Below are positions 27,465 through 42,217 of a stretch of DNA of 64,000 nt, one piece after another (position 1 is the first letter of the stretch; the number at the start of each line of letters is the position of its first letter). This DNA comes from Camelus ferus (Eukaryota). Under the pieces are notes generated by a model. It saw only the letters and a list, made by a program, of their open reading frames with translations, made no database searches and was not told where the DNA came from. Made by a program: the position numbers and the translations under genes. The DNA is taken from NCBI RefSeq assembly GCF_009834535.1, contig NC_045696.1:111726001-111790000 (forward strand). The letters are read 5' to 3'.

Positions 27465-27935
27465 GCGTCCATTGTGTATTGCCACGCTAATGCTGAGTAA
27501 CAAACAGCCACAGATCCTCACTGGCATACAAAACCCAGCATTTGGTGTTCACGTATCCGTGCGTGGGCTGTGTGGTTCTGCTGATCTTGCTGGGTTCACT
27601 CACGTGTCTCTGAGTTGGGTGGGTGGCTCGGATGTACTCAGAGCTTTATTGAATCAGCTTAACTGGGGAAGTTCTGCACTCACTGTCCTTCTGGAACCAG
27701 TAGGCTAGCTAGAAATATCCTTCTTATGCCAATGGCAGAAGCTCGATTGCAAAGTCCCTTCTCAAGACTCTCCTTGCATCACATTTCTAACATCCCATTG
27801 GCCAAAGGCAGCCTACTGAGCCCAGGGGTGGACATTACACACTGTCCACAGTGGGACAGTGCTGAAAAGTGGTGTGGCAAAAGGCACTCCTGCAAGGAGG
27901 AGGAAATGCAGCCAGTGGCACAATCCACTCTACCC
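27465..27935 (-). mobile_element. MaLR MLT1-type LTR relic
   Basis: taacaaacagccac...ctaacatcccattggccaaag...caatccac. Confidence 0.6.
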
Positions 27936-28444
27936 ACTTTTAAGAATTTATCCAAGGAAATGTTTTAACAAGATAAAAATAAAGTTATGCACAGGAATGT
28001 TCAGCAACATAGCAATTACAATATGGAAAAATTAGAAACTTAAATATCTATGAAAAGAGACCTGTTTAAGCACCTCATGATATAAGAAAATAAAAATGTA
28101 TATGCCTGTTAAAATTGAAGTAGATCCTTTCTTTTTTAAATGGGAAGATGTCTACTACATATTGTAAAGTGGGAAGGATAAAAGAAACAGAGTGAATGAT
28201 ATGAACCCATTCATATAAAATGTGTATATATTTCCACATGTGTTACATGGATAAGAAATATCTGAAACAATGTCATTGGAGGTTTTCTCTCAATTGTCAA
28301 GTTTTCAGTGCTTGTTTTTCCCTGTATCATTTTATTTTAAAAATGTACAAGTATTTTTACAGAAGCAGTAAAGTGCTAAAAATAAATAAATAAATAAATT
28401 AGTCATCTTTAAAATCCAAATATAGGGGAACAGGTGAATGACTA

Positions 28445-28760
28445 AGGAAGATGTGGTATATATGCACATGCAATGGAATACTACTTGGCCATGAAAAAGA
28501 ATAAACTTTTGCCATTTGCAAGAACATGGATGGACTTGGGGGGTATTATGTTAAGTGAAATAAGTAAGACAGAAAAAAACAAATATTGTATGATATCACT
28601 TATATGTGGAATCTAAAAAATATAGCAAACTGGTTAATATAACAAAAAAGTAGCAAAACAAACTAGTGGTTACCAGTGGAGAGAGGGAAGGGGTAGGGGC
28701 AATATAAGGGTATGGAATAAAGCAGTACAAACTACTATGTATAAAATAAGCTATAAGGAT
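28445..28760 (+). mobile_element. L1 3' fragment
   Basis: atggaatactac...catggatggactt...atcacttatatgtggaatctaaaaaa. Confidence 0.85.
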
Positions 28761-29424
28761 AGCTGTCTGTCTGTTAACATAGACTGCGAGAGCTTTGCAT
28801 CATTACCAAGCAGCCAGACTTCCTAGGTGAGTACTGAATTGGTGATACATTCACTTAAACTTTGAATCCCAAAAACCAGCTAGAGGTAGTATTTGTTTCT
28901 TTACTCTAAACTCTTGTAGTTCATTTTTCCAGTACGACAGCACTTATGTATTACTGATTTACATTTGAAGCATTTTCCTTTGGGACCGGCTTTCCTTCAC
29001 TGATTGTATATCCCTTAAAGGCAAGAACAGCATCTGTTCATCACTGAAGCCCCAGAACATCTGCTACACTGTCTGGTAAAGAGTAGACTCTCAATAAATG
29101 GTTTCTTAATAAATGAATAAATTGGAGTTCTGCTTCTCATTCTGAGCAATCAAAATTAATCTGATGAGATCAAATTAAAAGAGCACTGGACTTTGAATAC
29201 GGAGATGTAGTAGACACTGTTGGTTATCAACTCCACGTTCACTTTGCAATGCTGTCATCCCTTACAGCAAAACCTGCCTCCGGTGTTGGATACTAGAAGT
29301 GCTAGATATTTACTTTCTCTGTCCTCCTTGCAATTAGAGATAAAAATGTAACCAAGTTCTAGCCAATATGATCCATGAAGAAACCTTTGGAGAATTATTT
29401 CTTGGAAAAACACACCTCCTAATT

Positions 29425-29620
29425 AAAGAGGGGGAGAAGGAAAGAATGTGAAAGAGAAGGAAGAGATAGAGGTGGAGAGGGAAGGAGGGAGAGAGAGATG
29501 AACTTACAGAAGAAACAGAGAAGGGGAGAGGGAGAAACAGAGTGGGAGAGGTGGGCAGGAAAAGAGGAAGGGAAAAAGGAAAAGGGAGGGGGAGAGGGAA
29601 GGGAAAGAGAGAAAGAGAGA
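29425..29620 (+). repeat. GA-rich polypurine tract inside an MLT1-type LTR (about 29205-29870)
   Basis: About 195 nt of almost pure A/G. Confidence 0.85.
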
Positions 29621-30464
29621 TCTCCCATCTTTTTCCTCCTGCTTTGGATTGATTCTATAATGTGAATATATGATGGCTGGAGCTGTTGCAATCATCTTGT
29701 GACTTTGAGAGACATGTCAAGAGAATCAAAGAGACACAAGTCTAGCTCCTTGAACTAACCTGGAACCACTTGCTTCCAGTCTTCTGTTTTTGTGAGATTA
29801 CTAATGGTATTTTGTGTTTAAGCCACTATTAGCCAATTATTTTGTCACATGTGGCCAAAAGCCTCCTATTTAATATGGAAGATGCAGGTTTTAAGTCCCA
29901 GCTCTGCCACTTACTATCTGTTTGAACTTAGAAATTTTCTTAATATCTCTGATTCTCCATTTCTCTATCACGACTTCCTCACAGAAATAGTATAATGAAT
30001 GACTACAAAAATTAATTTAAATTACAGGTTGAAGCTAAAGATATCCTCACATTTTGTCAATAATTGTTGACAGATCATGTCCTCAAATCCCAAAATCAAC
30101 AGGTAAAGAAAAATATACCACAGAAACAAAATCAAAATCTGCCAACGAGCAGAAGCAATTAAAATTTTCATCTCTCAATTAAAATTTTCGTCTCTCTAGA
30201 TCATCTTCTTTCAAAGAGAATTCCCAGAGATTCACTTGACCAAGTCCAAGAATTCTTTTTTCTTCATGCAATATTATACCATGATTTTAAATAATAGGAG
30301 TTTCAGTTTTTTTTAAATACTTGTTGAAAGTGGACCAGGAAATATTTTTCTGGAATATAGTTATAGCAAATATGGACAAATGACAGGATAAATCTAAGCT
30401 GTTTTCCTATCACAGGTTACACAGTAACTTACGGTGAGTAGTGGCTCAGGCAATTTGAGTATGG

Positions 30465-30846
30465 GGTAGAATTTCCTGATTTTCATCCCAACTCACCTTT
30501 CCAAGGGGAGGACGGATTCTTGACCATATTTAGTCTGGATCAGATGTGTCATGGTGTCAGTGCATGATGGGAACTTATAATCTGCAAGGCTAATTTTATT
30601 GTAATGAGGGTGTAATGAGCAAAAGGTTACATTTGGACACTGGAGATTCCTACCTTTTCCCCCCTTTCTTTGCCGGCCTCCAGGCCACTTGTCACCCCAA
30701 AATGTGTGATCTCTTATCAGTCTGGAGTTTCCTGCCTTTCTCTGTCTGCTCAAGGACTCCTGCTGTTCACGAGATGTATGATTTCCTGCCATTTGGCCCG
30801 GACCCCCCTTTCTCTGCTCATGTCTAGCCGTCTGCCTGCTCTAACA
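30465..30846 (-). mobile_element. ERV1-type LTR (family C), 3' part missing
   Basis: Reverse complement of about 17010-17425; begins TGTTAGAGCAGGCAGA at 30846. Confidence 0.88.
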
Positions 30847-31084
30847 AAGATGCCTCTTCCTGGAAAATCCAAAAGAGCTTGTTCTATCTTTGTTGTTGTT
30901 TCTCAGTACCATTTGACCAAGTTGAACATGGCCCCTGTCTTGAAAATCTTTCGACCATTAACTCCAAGACACAATAACTCTCCTGATTTCTTCCATTTCT
31001 GGCTACTTTCAACAATCTCTTTGAGATTTTTTTCCCTTGGACTATTATTTAAATATTGTTGTTCCTTGAGTCTCAACTACCTGC

Positions 31085-31245
31085 CTCCTTGGTTTTCCAG
31101 GTGTGGTCTGTGCTCTAGTAGCATCGCCAGGATCTGGAGCGTGATGGAAATTCAGAATCTTGCCCCAAACCTTCTGAATCAGAATCTCCATTTTAACAAG
31201 ATTCCCAGGTGATTTATGTGCACATTCAAGTTTGAGAAGTGCTTC
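31085..31245. mobile_element. MER5A-type DNA transposon
   Basis: tgaatcagaatctccattttaacaagattcccaggtgatt...agtttgagaagtgc. Similar copies near 58490-58625 and 63615-63750. Confidence 0.75.
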
Positions 31246-31762
31246 TCTACCCCTGCCTCCTCTTATTCCACACATTTCTCCATGAGTGATCTCATCTCTC
31301 TGTGACTTCCATCACTACCCATAGACCGATGACTCAAAGGTGCTCCTCTGACCCAGCTCTCTTGTCTGAGCTCCACCCACATTTATTCAATTGCCGACAG
31401 GATATCTTCACTTGTTTGCACAACAGGCATATCAAATTTAGTATGTTCCCATGGGCAAGTCTGATCCCACATATTCAGATAAAGGGGAGATCATGAGAGA
31501 GGAATAATCATAAAAGACCCCATGTTGGAGTTGGGGTTGAACTTGGCCTGAGCCTCTGGAAAGGGAGAGTGGGGATTCAGATAAAGGGAAAGTGAAAGAA
31601 GGTATAATACATGTTCATCTTTATAACTGATATGTGACGCTTTCTCCCAAGGCAGTGGTTTCCTGCCAGGGACTCTAAGGAGGAGGTAGCAGTTCAGGGT
31701 TTCTTCAGCAGGTGTAAGAATTCACCTAGATCTCTTGGTTTCTACCTCTTCAAATTTCTTTT

Positions 31763-32350
31763 TGAGACAGGAGGGAGTGGGACAGGGTACAACCACTGAA
31801 GGAATGACACAGCAACTGAGGACAGGACGGACTGGGTAGAACCAAGACAGCAGAAGATTTGACTTCCAGTTGACCTTGAGCCTCATGGCACAGCCACAGG
31901 GACAGGACAGTTCCCAGGCTGACCATAAAGGTCCAAAAGTGGGTGGGGCCGAATTCTTGGAAATCCCCGCCCCTTCCCCAAATGGTTGGAATAATCCTCC
32001 TACTCGTTAGCATATGGAATTACTGAGCCCATGAAAACTAACAACCCCACACCTCATGGTCACTCTCTCTCTTGCCTTCTGAGACAGCCCGCACTCTGTC
32101 TGTGGAGTGTGGATCGGGTTTTACTATAAACTAAACCCCCACACCTCTCGGTCTCTCTTCTTCTTGCCTTTTGAAATGGCCCCACTTCTGTCTGTGGAAC
32201 GTGTATCTCCTAAGACGCCCTCCCTTCTGAGCAAGTTGGATCACGCTCCATCAGTGGAGTGTGTATCTCTGTAAATACACTTGTTTTCACTTCACTATGC
32301 CTGGCTCTCAAATTCTTTCCTGCAGGAGACAAGAAGCTATTCTCCAGCAA
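31763..32350 (+). mobile_element. MER41-like solo LTR (family B, internally duplicated subtype)
   Basis: Starts TGAGACAGG; three copies of a ccttctgag...ctgtctgtggagtgtg block, as in the 2125 copy. Confidence 0.88.
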
Positions 32351-34678
32351 GATCTTCATTCAGTGAACAGATGTTTATTGAGTTCCCACTATGTGTCAGG
32401 TACTGTTCTAGGTGCTGGATATAAAGTAATGAACAAAACACAAAAATTGATGCACTCACGTTCTTGGTAGAAGTATTTATTTTCAGCCCTTTAAATTAAG
32501 GGGAGTCATTTAAAAAGAGACCCTCATGCTAATCGAGTCCTTCGATCAACTTCCTGTCAAGCTCCAGGGCTCGGGAAGAATTCCAACACATCACATGAAA
32601 TACTTTAAGGCAAAGGCTCTATATTGGTGAAACTTACAAGAAAGGGTCACTAGGCAAAAGGACCTGGATCTTTCACGTTCCATTGGCCCTACAGAAAGGT
32701 TTGCTGGAAGCTGACCCCCCGGAACCCCCAAATGACTGACCTCATATCTCCTAGACCCTGATTTTCAAAGAAGAATAAGATCTCTGCCCTCCAGCACGGA
32801 TGCAAGGTGAGGTGTGAAGGGAACAGTGCAAATCTACCACCACCTCTGAGAAACTTTTTCCCAAGTAGATTAATAAGTGTATCAGTGTAAATAAAAACAG
32901 TGTGAAACAGTCTGTTGTGTCTCTTACTTGATGCAGACTTCACTTTGAAACATTCCCCATGGCTTTGATAGACTAAAACCAGCACTCGAGCCCGACCACA
33001 GTAGTACACCATGAAATACAAACGTGAAGCTTAGTCTATTAGAATTCAGTTAGGAGCAGAAAACATATTGCTAACAAAACACTAAACCACAGAAAATTTA
33101 CAGTGGGATTTTAGATTAACTGCAAAAACGGAGCAACCCCCGACTCTTTCCTAAAGTGGCATTTTCCTCAAACCTCAAAGATCATGCACTTAAATGTTTG
33201 ATAATTGTAAAAATTTGCACTGTGAGTCACCACACTTATAACTTTACTCTTCTCTTTCTATATAGCATTTTGGTGCTGATAAAATAAGATAGGGAAGAAA
33301 AAAGTAAAACTTTGATATCAGGGCCCTTCCTTTTTTATTTGACTTCAATCTCATTATGACATATTTCCAGAAATACACAACAGTGCCAAATATCTTTCTC
33401 GATTTTGGGTTGGTTTTTCTGTATATTAGCTGTTGTTGTAAAATTATTGTGCCTCCTACCTGGAAAGTAAAATTCCAGACAACGGTTACTGACAAATTTC
33501 TCTATAGTTCACGGATTCCTCAAAGAAAATGGATTTTCTACCCAGCTAAAATTAATTATCATTGTTACAGAAATCAGAATGCGTCTGACAGACAGCTTGA
33601 ACAGAAAACACTGTGTGCTTTATATTCCTTTTTATCACATCAGTAATCACATTCTCCAAAATCAATTTGTATCTTATAATCTTCCTAAAGAAATAGATAC
33701 CCACTATATATGCTTACTGTGGAAGAGTCAGGCACAAAAATCACCTGAACTGTGGGGTCTCAGGTTTGGGCAATGAGAGAAGGCATCAGGGAGTGTTTTA
33801 TCACCTCTTGCCTGCCCCCAAGAATATGTAGGATGTGGAAAAAAATGATCCTCTGGTACAAAACAGCCAGAGATGGGAAGTTCCAGGGTGTTTAAGTTAG
33901 TAATTCTGCCTAACAAGCCCCTCAAAACAGCAGCCATGTATTATTTCCCACACTTGTATGGGCCAGCCGGGCCATCTGTGTTCTGAGCCCGCCCCCGTGG
34001 CTGCAGTCAGGGGGCGGGTGGGCTGTGCACTGGCCCATCCGGCAGTGGCTTCAGCACAGACACCTAGGAGGCCTCAGCTCTCCTCCATAGGGCCTTCTCA
34101 CCCTTCAGCAAGCAAGCCTAGGCTCGCTCTTGTGGTGCTGGCAAGGGGAGAACAGAGCACGCAAAGCTGCTTGATGACTGGGGTGGACCAGAGCCAGTCA
34201 CCAGTCAGCCCGGATTCTAAGGACAGGGAAACGGACTCTACCTCTTGATGAGAGGATCTTCCAAGTCACATGGCAAAGGGCTAAAATACAGGGATGGAGA
34301 AATCTTCAAGTGCTTTAGCCATAAGTCTAACATCCATGAGAAGTCCCTGGCTAGCCTCCATAGGTATTACTTTTCTACCTGGCACATCCTTGGGGACCAT
34401 GTTCTTGCTGAGACTTTATCTCACTGCGACCCTCTCTTGCTGTTACTGTTACACTCTAAAGGGCAGGTCGGAGGAGATGAGCTAAGAGGGAAAGAGGAAG
34501 ATGCTGCCTGTGTCTGCAGGACTTCATTGTCTCTCAGGTCCCACCATGAATGCATCCAAACCCTTGCTGCGGCCTCTTGGTGGGAGGAGTAAGCTTCCCT
34601 GCCTTCCAACTTTGGGACAGCCATGTGCCTTGCTTTGGCCAATGAAACAAGCCACCAGCAAAGATTTAAAATGTGCTT

Positions 34679-35217
34679 ATGTTATTTACAAGAGTCAAGA
34701 CATGGAAATAACCTAAATGTCCATCACAGATGACTGGATAAAGAAGTTGTGGTATATTTATACAATGGAATACTACTCAGCCATCAAAAAAGAATAAAAT
34801 AATGCCATTTGCAGCAACATGAATGGACCTGAAGATCATTATTCTAGGTGAAGTAAGCCAGAAAGAGAAAGAAAAAGACCATATGGTATCACTTTTGTGT
34901 AGAATCTGAAAAAAATAAATAAATGGACTTATTTACAAAACAGAAACAAACTCACAGTCATAGAAAACAAACTTATAGTGACCAGGAGGGGAAGGAAGTG
35001 GGAAGGGATAAATTGGGAGTTCCAAATTTGCAGATTCCAACTACTACATATAAAATAGATAAACAAGTTTATACTGTAAAGCATAGAGAACTATATCCAA
35101 TATCTTGTAGCCTATAATGAAAATAAATACATGTATGTATATGTATGACTGAAACATTATGCTGTACACCAGAAATTGATACAATGTAACTTGTAAGCTG
35201 AGTATAATTCAATTTTT
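34679..35217 (+). mobile_element. L1 3' fragment inserted in an MLT1 LTR (about 34480-35415)
   Basis: Homologous to 7940-8500; TSD aaaatgtgctt/aaaatgttctt. Confidence 0.9.
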
Positions 35218-37964
35218 AAAATGTTCTTCTGCATTAAGCTTATGCTATTGCACTTAGGCTTTTGCCATGAGAAAAACATACCCTGGGTAGACATCACCCC
35301 TTCAGCATGGAGCAAACCAGCCCAGATAACCCACAGCTACACGAGCCAAAGATAAATGCTTATAGTTGTATGCAACTGATGCTGTGAGGTCGTTACACAG
35401 CAAACATTGGCTGAATTACTGAGACACTGAATTAGGAGTAGATGAAGAAGACAAGAAGGAGAATGGGAATTCTGAAGGCAGGGAACCAGCAAAAAGGTGA
35501 TGGAATCACCATCTTTGATCTGGGTTTATTCAACACATGAATTTTCTGGAGAGAAATCATGCAGAGTTGTTTTTGTTCGTTGAATATTACAAACATTAAT
35601 CCAAGAGGATCTTTTCTTTCCGTGTGTGGGTGTGTGTGTGCGCACGTGTGTATACTTCTTGTTTAATAGTAGATGTTGGTTGTGGCCAATCCCTAAGGGA
35701 GAACATTGTATTATTTTTGTAAGCATAACACGACACATTGGTGTTGGCTAAAGAACTGTCTCATATTCCCCCATCTGTGGAATGGAGATTAACATGCTAA
35801 GATGCCTCAAAGGGTATTGTTTTCTTGGGGTTTTTTTCCCCAAAGAATAATGGAAAAGATAATTGAAAAAATGTAAGAAATACAAAGTGATATAAACTCT
35901 AAATAATAATTACTTGTGAGAATTGAAGTGAGAATTGTTTTACCAAGAATCTTGAGTTAGATTTTAACTCCATTATTTGTAAGAAACAGCTAATGACAAT
36001 CCTCATTAAAATTTCTAATTTTCTACTGACTGATTCTTTGCCAGGTCAAAATTATTAGCGAATGCCTATCAGGCATCGTGAAACAGAAAGATATTCAGGG
36101 CAACCAGCTTAATTTCCTTCTGGGATACTGTTGACGAGGGTTGTCAGAAGTCACATGGCCACTGCAGACAGACGTGGTACTTCCAGTCGGAGAGGAAAAC
36201 ATCATCCCCCTGGCAGATACCGCTTCACAAGGATGCTAGGCTGGGGCCTTTAGTTAGTTAGTTGGAAGGCTAACTGATGTAATATTTGTACTCTCACCAT
36301 TCTAGAAGACATTGCTGATTTATTTATGCAATTAGTAATAATGATAATAATATCTATTAGTTGTTGAACAACAACTGTAAGCCAGGAACTTTATATAAAT
36401 TATCTTATCCCAACACCTATCATGTACAGTTCTTTATAATAGATGTCAATAAATGCTTAATAAATGAATGAATATTTACAAGGTAAGTATTGATAGCTCC
36501 TTGACTCCTCACAGATACGGAATGTAAATAACTTGGGTAGGAACTGACAGAGCCACAATGTAAAAATACTTTTTCTGAATCCAAAGCCTAGACTCTTTCT
36601 ATTACATCTGGCTCCCTCTCCAATGCAGACATGAAGAACAGAATGTAAACTAATAGAATCCTTGCTCTTAGACATTTCTGGTCTAAACCAGGGGGAGACG
36701 TTACCTGCTGCATCCTGAGCCCAGCTGAGTCCAGCCGGCCTGCAAGGTGAGGTGGAAGGCTGTGGCCCAGATCAAGTGACTTTCTCTGCACCCATCTCTG
36801 ATTCCTCTGAGGCTATGCCCTCTGGAAATCAGTATGAAGAAAGATATCCTGATGCTTCCAAGCAGAGAGTCCCCCGAGCAGGGCTCCCAGCATGGCCCCT
36901 GCTCTAGCTCTTCTAATTGGCTGACTGCCCTGCAGAAGTACTGACCTGCCCTTGTACCTCCTCTTCTACAAAGACGCCCCCCTTACCGAGCTGCCGAAAA
37001 CACACAGGCAAGTCAGGGCTCCCAGGATCCCTCATTTTCTTGTTTAATGTTCCTCTCATCTACCACGCTGCCCAAACACTCCCCCCACCCCACATCCCTT
37101 AGCTCACCATGTGCCTCTCTAGTGGCTGCTAGGGTGTCATGAACATAAAATTTGAAGCCAGAAACCCCAGCTCTGCCATTTACTAATTGACTTTGAGACA
37201 GTCTCAAAATCATCTCAGGCTTGGTTTTCTCATCTATAAAGTGGGGACAAATCTAGACAGAAAAAAATAGAAAGTACCTGAAAGTAGGCCTTTCAAAACT
37301 CACCCAGACGGAATACCATAACAAGCTGGGGTGAAGGAGGGTGACGTTACATGAGGGAGCGTTCTCTATGACCTAAATCAGGGCCCCCAGGACCATGCCG
37401 GATCCCCCTTCCTCATTAGCCTGGAATCATGGCTCTGAAAAGAGGTAGATGTAATGAAAGGTCAGAGGGCACAGATTTTCATTTGGTTCTCTGATATATC
37501 CCAAGGACTTGGCACACAGTTGGAGCTCAATAAATATTTGTTAAATGAACAAACAGAGAAATAGCCCATAAATGACCAAACTCAGAGCAGTTCCACCCAC
37601 TGGGGAAGTGGCGGACCTAGCGGTTTAAAGCCGTGGTGCAGGTGTCTGATGGATGTGAGCTCCAGCTCTCGCGCTGCATCTTACTAACTGTGTGATTTTG
37701 GCCAAGAGCTGAGTTTCCCCAGGCCTGAGTTTCATCACCTGAAAATGGAAATAATAATAGCACTTATTTTCCTAAGGGTTGTTTGAAGGATTAAAGGAGA
37801 TACTACTGGAAAATATTTCACACAGTGCCTGATACACAGACTAATCTCCAAGAGGAAGAAAAGCAAAACATTGTGGGAGGGGGTGGTCACGTGAGTCAGA
37901 GGCCTTTTGGTCCATGGGGTACATTTGTTTTCTCTCTATAGGTAGAAGTGACAGAAATTCAGTT

Positions 37965-38700
37965 GCTCATTCAGCAAGTATAGTTTAGGCACTTTCTCTG
38001 TGCCAGACATTGACTTGGGCACGAGATGCTTCAGTCAACAAAACAAAGAACCCTGCCATCAGGAAACTTAACTCCTGGCAGGGACAAATATGTAGGCAAT
38101 AGAAAAATAAGTAAATTATAAGGCATGTTAGAAGGCAACTAATACTTTGGAAAATTAAAAGGTAGAGCAGGGTGACAGTGATCGGTAGTGTGGAGGTGGG
38201 AGGCAGGATGCAATATTTAAAAAGAGGGTTCAGGCTAGGGATTCTTGAGCAGGTGGACATTTGAGCAAAGACCTGAAGGCAAGAGAACTGGTCATGTGGG
38301 CATCTGGGAGAAGAGCTCTAAAGACAAAAAGAACAGCCAGTGCAAAGACCCTCTGAAGAGATAGGAATGGTGCTCTTAAGGGTCTGCAAAGAGACAACTG
38401 AGGAGTAGGGTGAGCAGAAGTGGTGTAGATTATTTAGAAGCTTGTGAACCATTGCAATGACTTCAATATTTATCCAGAAGGGTTTGAACAAAGGAGTCAT
38501 GTGACAGGGCTTAGGTTTTAAAAGGGTTATTCTGGCTGTTGAGTTGGGGACAAGCTGCAGGAAAGCAAGCACAGAAGCAGGGAGACTTATTAAAAGGCTA
38601 CTACGGTGACGTAGACAGGAGATGAGGGCGATGTGGACCAGGGGGGCGGGGGCCTGAGAGATGGCAAGACACGGATAGATTCCAGATATATTTTAAGGTG
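37965..38700 (-). mobile_element. L2 3' fragment
   Basis: cattcagcaagtat...tgtgccagacatt...gacatttgagcaaagacctgaagg...cagccagtgcaaagaccct. Confidence 0.8.
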
Positions 38701-39542
38701 ATTAGAAGAGTCAGAAGTCCGAGGTGTGCCCCCAGTGAAGATCTGCTAATCTCCGCCTAGTTATAGCTGCCATGGTGCCCAGTTAATAAGGGTAAATTTG
38801 AAAAATTTCACAATACTGTTGTGGGTGGATATTCCCATATTCAAAGAAGCATCTCCTCCACTGCTGATTTTTATTCAGAATTAGCAATTTGTAAAACTCA
38901 GCCTGTCTGCTAACATCACGAAAAGAGCCATTATGTCCTATCTCATGAAAGTACGTATACTACCCTTGAACAGGGTGTGTTCTTGTACACTTGGATCAAG
39001 TTAAGTCTACAGTTCAAATGGCCAAGTTCTAGGCAATAGAGAGGATAGAGGAACATGTTAAATGACATCATAGATTTCAACAAGCAAAATACAGATGTGG
39101 GAACTCTATAGGACAAATGGCATGTTTCTTTAACAGATAAACTACAAGAGGAAAGAGAGAAAAGAGGACTGCCTCTTTTGGATTAAAAAGGACTTCAGAG
39201 ATACCAATGTGTTGACCTCATTTGGATCCTGTTTTTCTCTCTTTCTTTTTTTTTAATATACCCCCCTTTTTTTTTTAATTTAAGAGACATTTGTGAAATG
39301 TGAATACCAGTTGGATAGTTGGTAATATGAATGCATTATTATTAATGTTTCTAGGTGTGAAAATGAACTGTATTTATGTTTTTTAAAAAGAAAGTCTCCT
39401 TATCTTTTACAGCAAGAGCTGACATTTTCTTTCTATAAAGGACCAGACAGTAAAATATTTACTGTCTGTCACAATCACTCAACTCCACCATTGTAGCACA
39501 AAAGCAGTTATACACAATAAGCAAATGAATGGGCATAGCTGG

Positions 39543-40060
39543 TGTCGAGGAAGAAAACGTTTCCTCTATCCTCTTAGATTCAGTTACTGAGGCCTGTGAA
39601 TTAAAACAATTAAAAAACAGATTAGGAAGAGGAAAGACAAATTTTTATCCACATACATACACAAGAGTTCACAGAAAAACATGATTCAAAAAGCTGATTA
39701 AAATTTGAGAATCACAAATTATCTTAGTAGGGGGAAGAGGAGGGGAAGAAAGGGTACTTATGAGAAAATAAATGACTTTTAGGGAAAATGAATGGGCCCT
39801 TAGGAAGCTAGAAGACAGACATAGTCTTGTAAAATTGTTTTATTTAGATGTAGTCCCAACTTCTCATATCTGTAACAAGAGTCAGTTTTCCCTGGTTGTC
39901 AAATTCCTGGGGAGAAGATTTATGACAATTGAGTTTTTCCAGGAGGCCCTGCTCTTAAGCAGATAAAAGAGTTCAGAGAAAAAAATGAAAAAGACTATTC
40001 TCAAATGACTTCAGTTCAAAATAATTTTTATGCCACAATTGCAAATTCTGGACCCCTTCA
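39543..40060 (-). mobile_element. MER34-like ERV1 solo LTR nested in MER58 (about 39410-40120)
   Basis: Minus strand starts TGAAGGGGTCCAGAAT and ends CA; TSD ctgg/ctgt; MER58 sequence resumes on both sides. Confidence 0.75.
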
Positions 40061-41566
40061 CTGTGTTCCAATAAGACTTTATTTGTAAAACAGACATTGG
40101 GCCATAATTTGCTACCTTTATTTTAGAGATATGTACTAGAATATTTATAAATGAAATATGTGATACATGAGATCTGTTTCAAAATAATCAAATAGAAGCA
40201 GGGAAGTGAGGGGCATTTAAGTAAAACAAGATTACCCATGAATGGAGAACTGCTGATGAATACCTGGAGGTTTCTTATACTAATATTTTTAAAATTTTTT
40301 AAATTTTTCTTCATGAAAGTAAAGAAGCAAAAACAAAAAGGAAACAAAGTAAAACACAATAATACTTGAGGCTATGAATTAATTGCTATTATTGAACACA
40401 CTGTATTGTAGGCACCATGCTAACCACTTGACATTTATTAACTCATCTCACCTTCACGAGAACCCTAAGTAAGTACCATTATCAACTCCATTTTACAGAC
40501 GAGGAACAGAAGGGACAAATAGGTTAAGTACATTGCCAAGACCACAGAGTGCATAAGAGGTCAGAACCAATATCTGAACCCCAGTAGGCTGGCTGCAGAG
40601 CCCATTCTCCCAAAGCACTGTAAGAGTTACTTAGTAGATACATGCTTACAGATTTGGAGAACTCTTTCTGTTCTCTGCTTCAAAGACGCTTTCCTAGTTA
40701 ATATGCTGCTCCGTGGATAGCTTGGCTGGGGGTTACCTCCTGGGTCTTTGCATTCTACATTATTATTCATTCATCTTTCTCACCCACAATATAAAAGCTG
40801 AGCTTAGTTATTAAAATAAGCTAAATCTTCTCTATCTGAATGCATTTTTACCAACTTTCTCCCTCTTGCTTTAATCCAAAATAACAATAACAAAAAATCT
40901 CTTTGAGGAGGAAAAAAGACCCCATGGCTTGTATAAAACATGAGCATTTGAGTCCTGTTAATCTCAAATATACAATTTTAACCAGACAGGCATAGATTCA
41001 GGTCAGGGAGCCAGTATTTTTAACCATCATTGTGTACAAAGGATTTTACATCAGCAGTATTAGCATAATCTTTAAACAGACATCAAAAAACAAAACCAAA
41101 GCTACAAGGAATCTTCAGAGGTCATCTAATCCCCTGCTGCTGCGAGGACGGGGTGGGCCTGCGCCAGCCAAGAGAGGCAGCTTTCTAATCTTTCATCTCT
41201 TCAGAAGGAATGTCATAAGCTTCTTTGTTAACGTTTCTATGCTCCACAGCACTTATTTTAGGGGAAATTCCTAAAGTCTGGATATGGGGCTTTTTATCTT
41301 GACAAAGCTTTTCCCCTATTTAATAAAGGGTCGCATGGATGACACTATAATAAAAATAAATCTATATAGATACAGAATTATGAAAATAATCATAAAATCC
41401 AAAACTAATTCAATTTTCTGGACTGAGTAACCAAGCTCCCAGAGAATTCATTAATATGGAAAAGCCCACACTCAAGCTCTTAACAAAATAGCCATTCATC
41501 ACACAGAGGGTATGCTTAGTGTATAGATAACCTTATTTGAGGCTCAAAACCATTGTTGCATGGGTA

Positions 41567-42217
41567 TATTACTGACTCTGAAACCAAGCGGCACCTCCTG
41601 GGGCCCTCCTGGCTACAAAAGCTCCCCCATGTCCCTCCTTCTTGTTTGTAGAAAAATGCTGTATTCTCCTAGGCCTTCCCTGAGTTCCAAAGAGAAGGCA
41701 CAAGGAGTTACTAATTCGGGAAGTGAGGGAATTCAGAAACAAAGGAAAAGCAGTTAAACAAGAAAAGTAGTGATAATAGTTCATCAATAAAACAGTCCCA
41801 TTTCCTCCTCAAGGGGCATATATAACAATCTGATGCATATCTTTGAGTTGCTCTGCAGGAACTAAGACCCCCCTCCCAGGGAGAGGATGGTGACTACATG
41901 CTGAGCACAAGCACTAGACCCCAGGTGGGCTGGAACCAGAAGGCTGATGATTAAGGTTCTTAAAACACCACTCTGTTACCTCCCCACCAAACGATCAGAA
42001 GAAAGTCATGCATCCTGCAGCCCTCCCCCCAAATGTTACCTTTAAAAACTCTTCCTTGGAGATCATCAGGGAGCAGGGTTCTTTTGAGTGTGAGCTGCCC
42101 GTACTCCTTGCTTGGTGCCCTGCAATAAATGCTGAACTCGCCTTCACCACAACCGGGTGTCAGTTAATTGGCTTTGCTGTGCTGCAGGTGAGCAGACCCA
42201 GGCTGGGTCCAGTAACA
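41567..42217 (+). mobile_element. ERV1-type solo LTR (family A)
   Basis: Colinear with the 1368 copy; AATAAA at 42124; ends cagtaaca. Confidence 0.88.
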
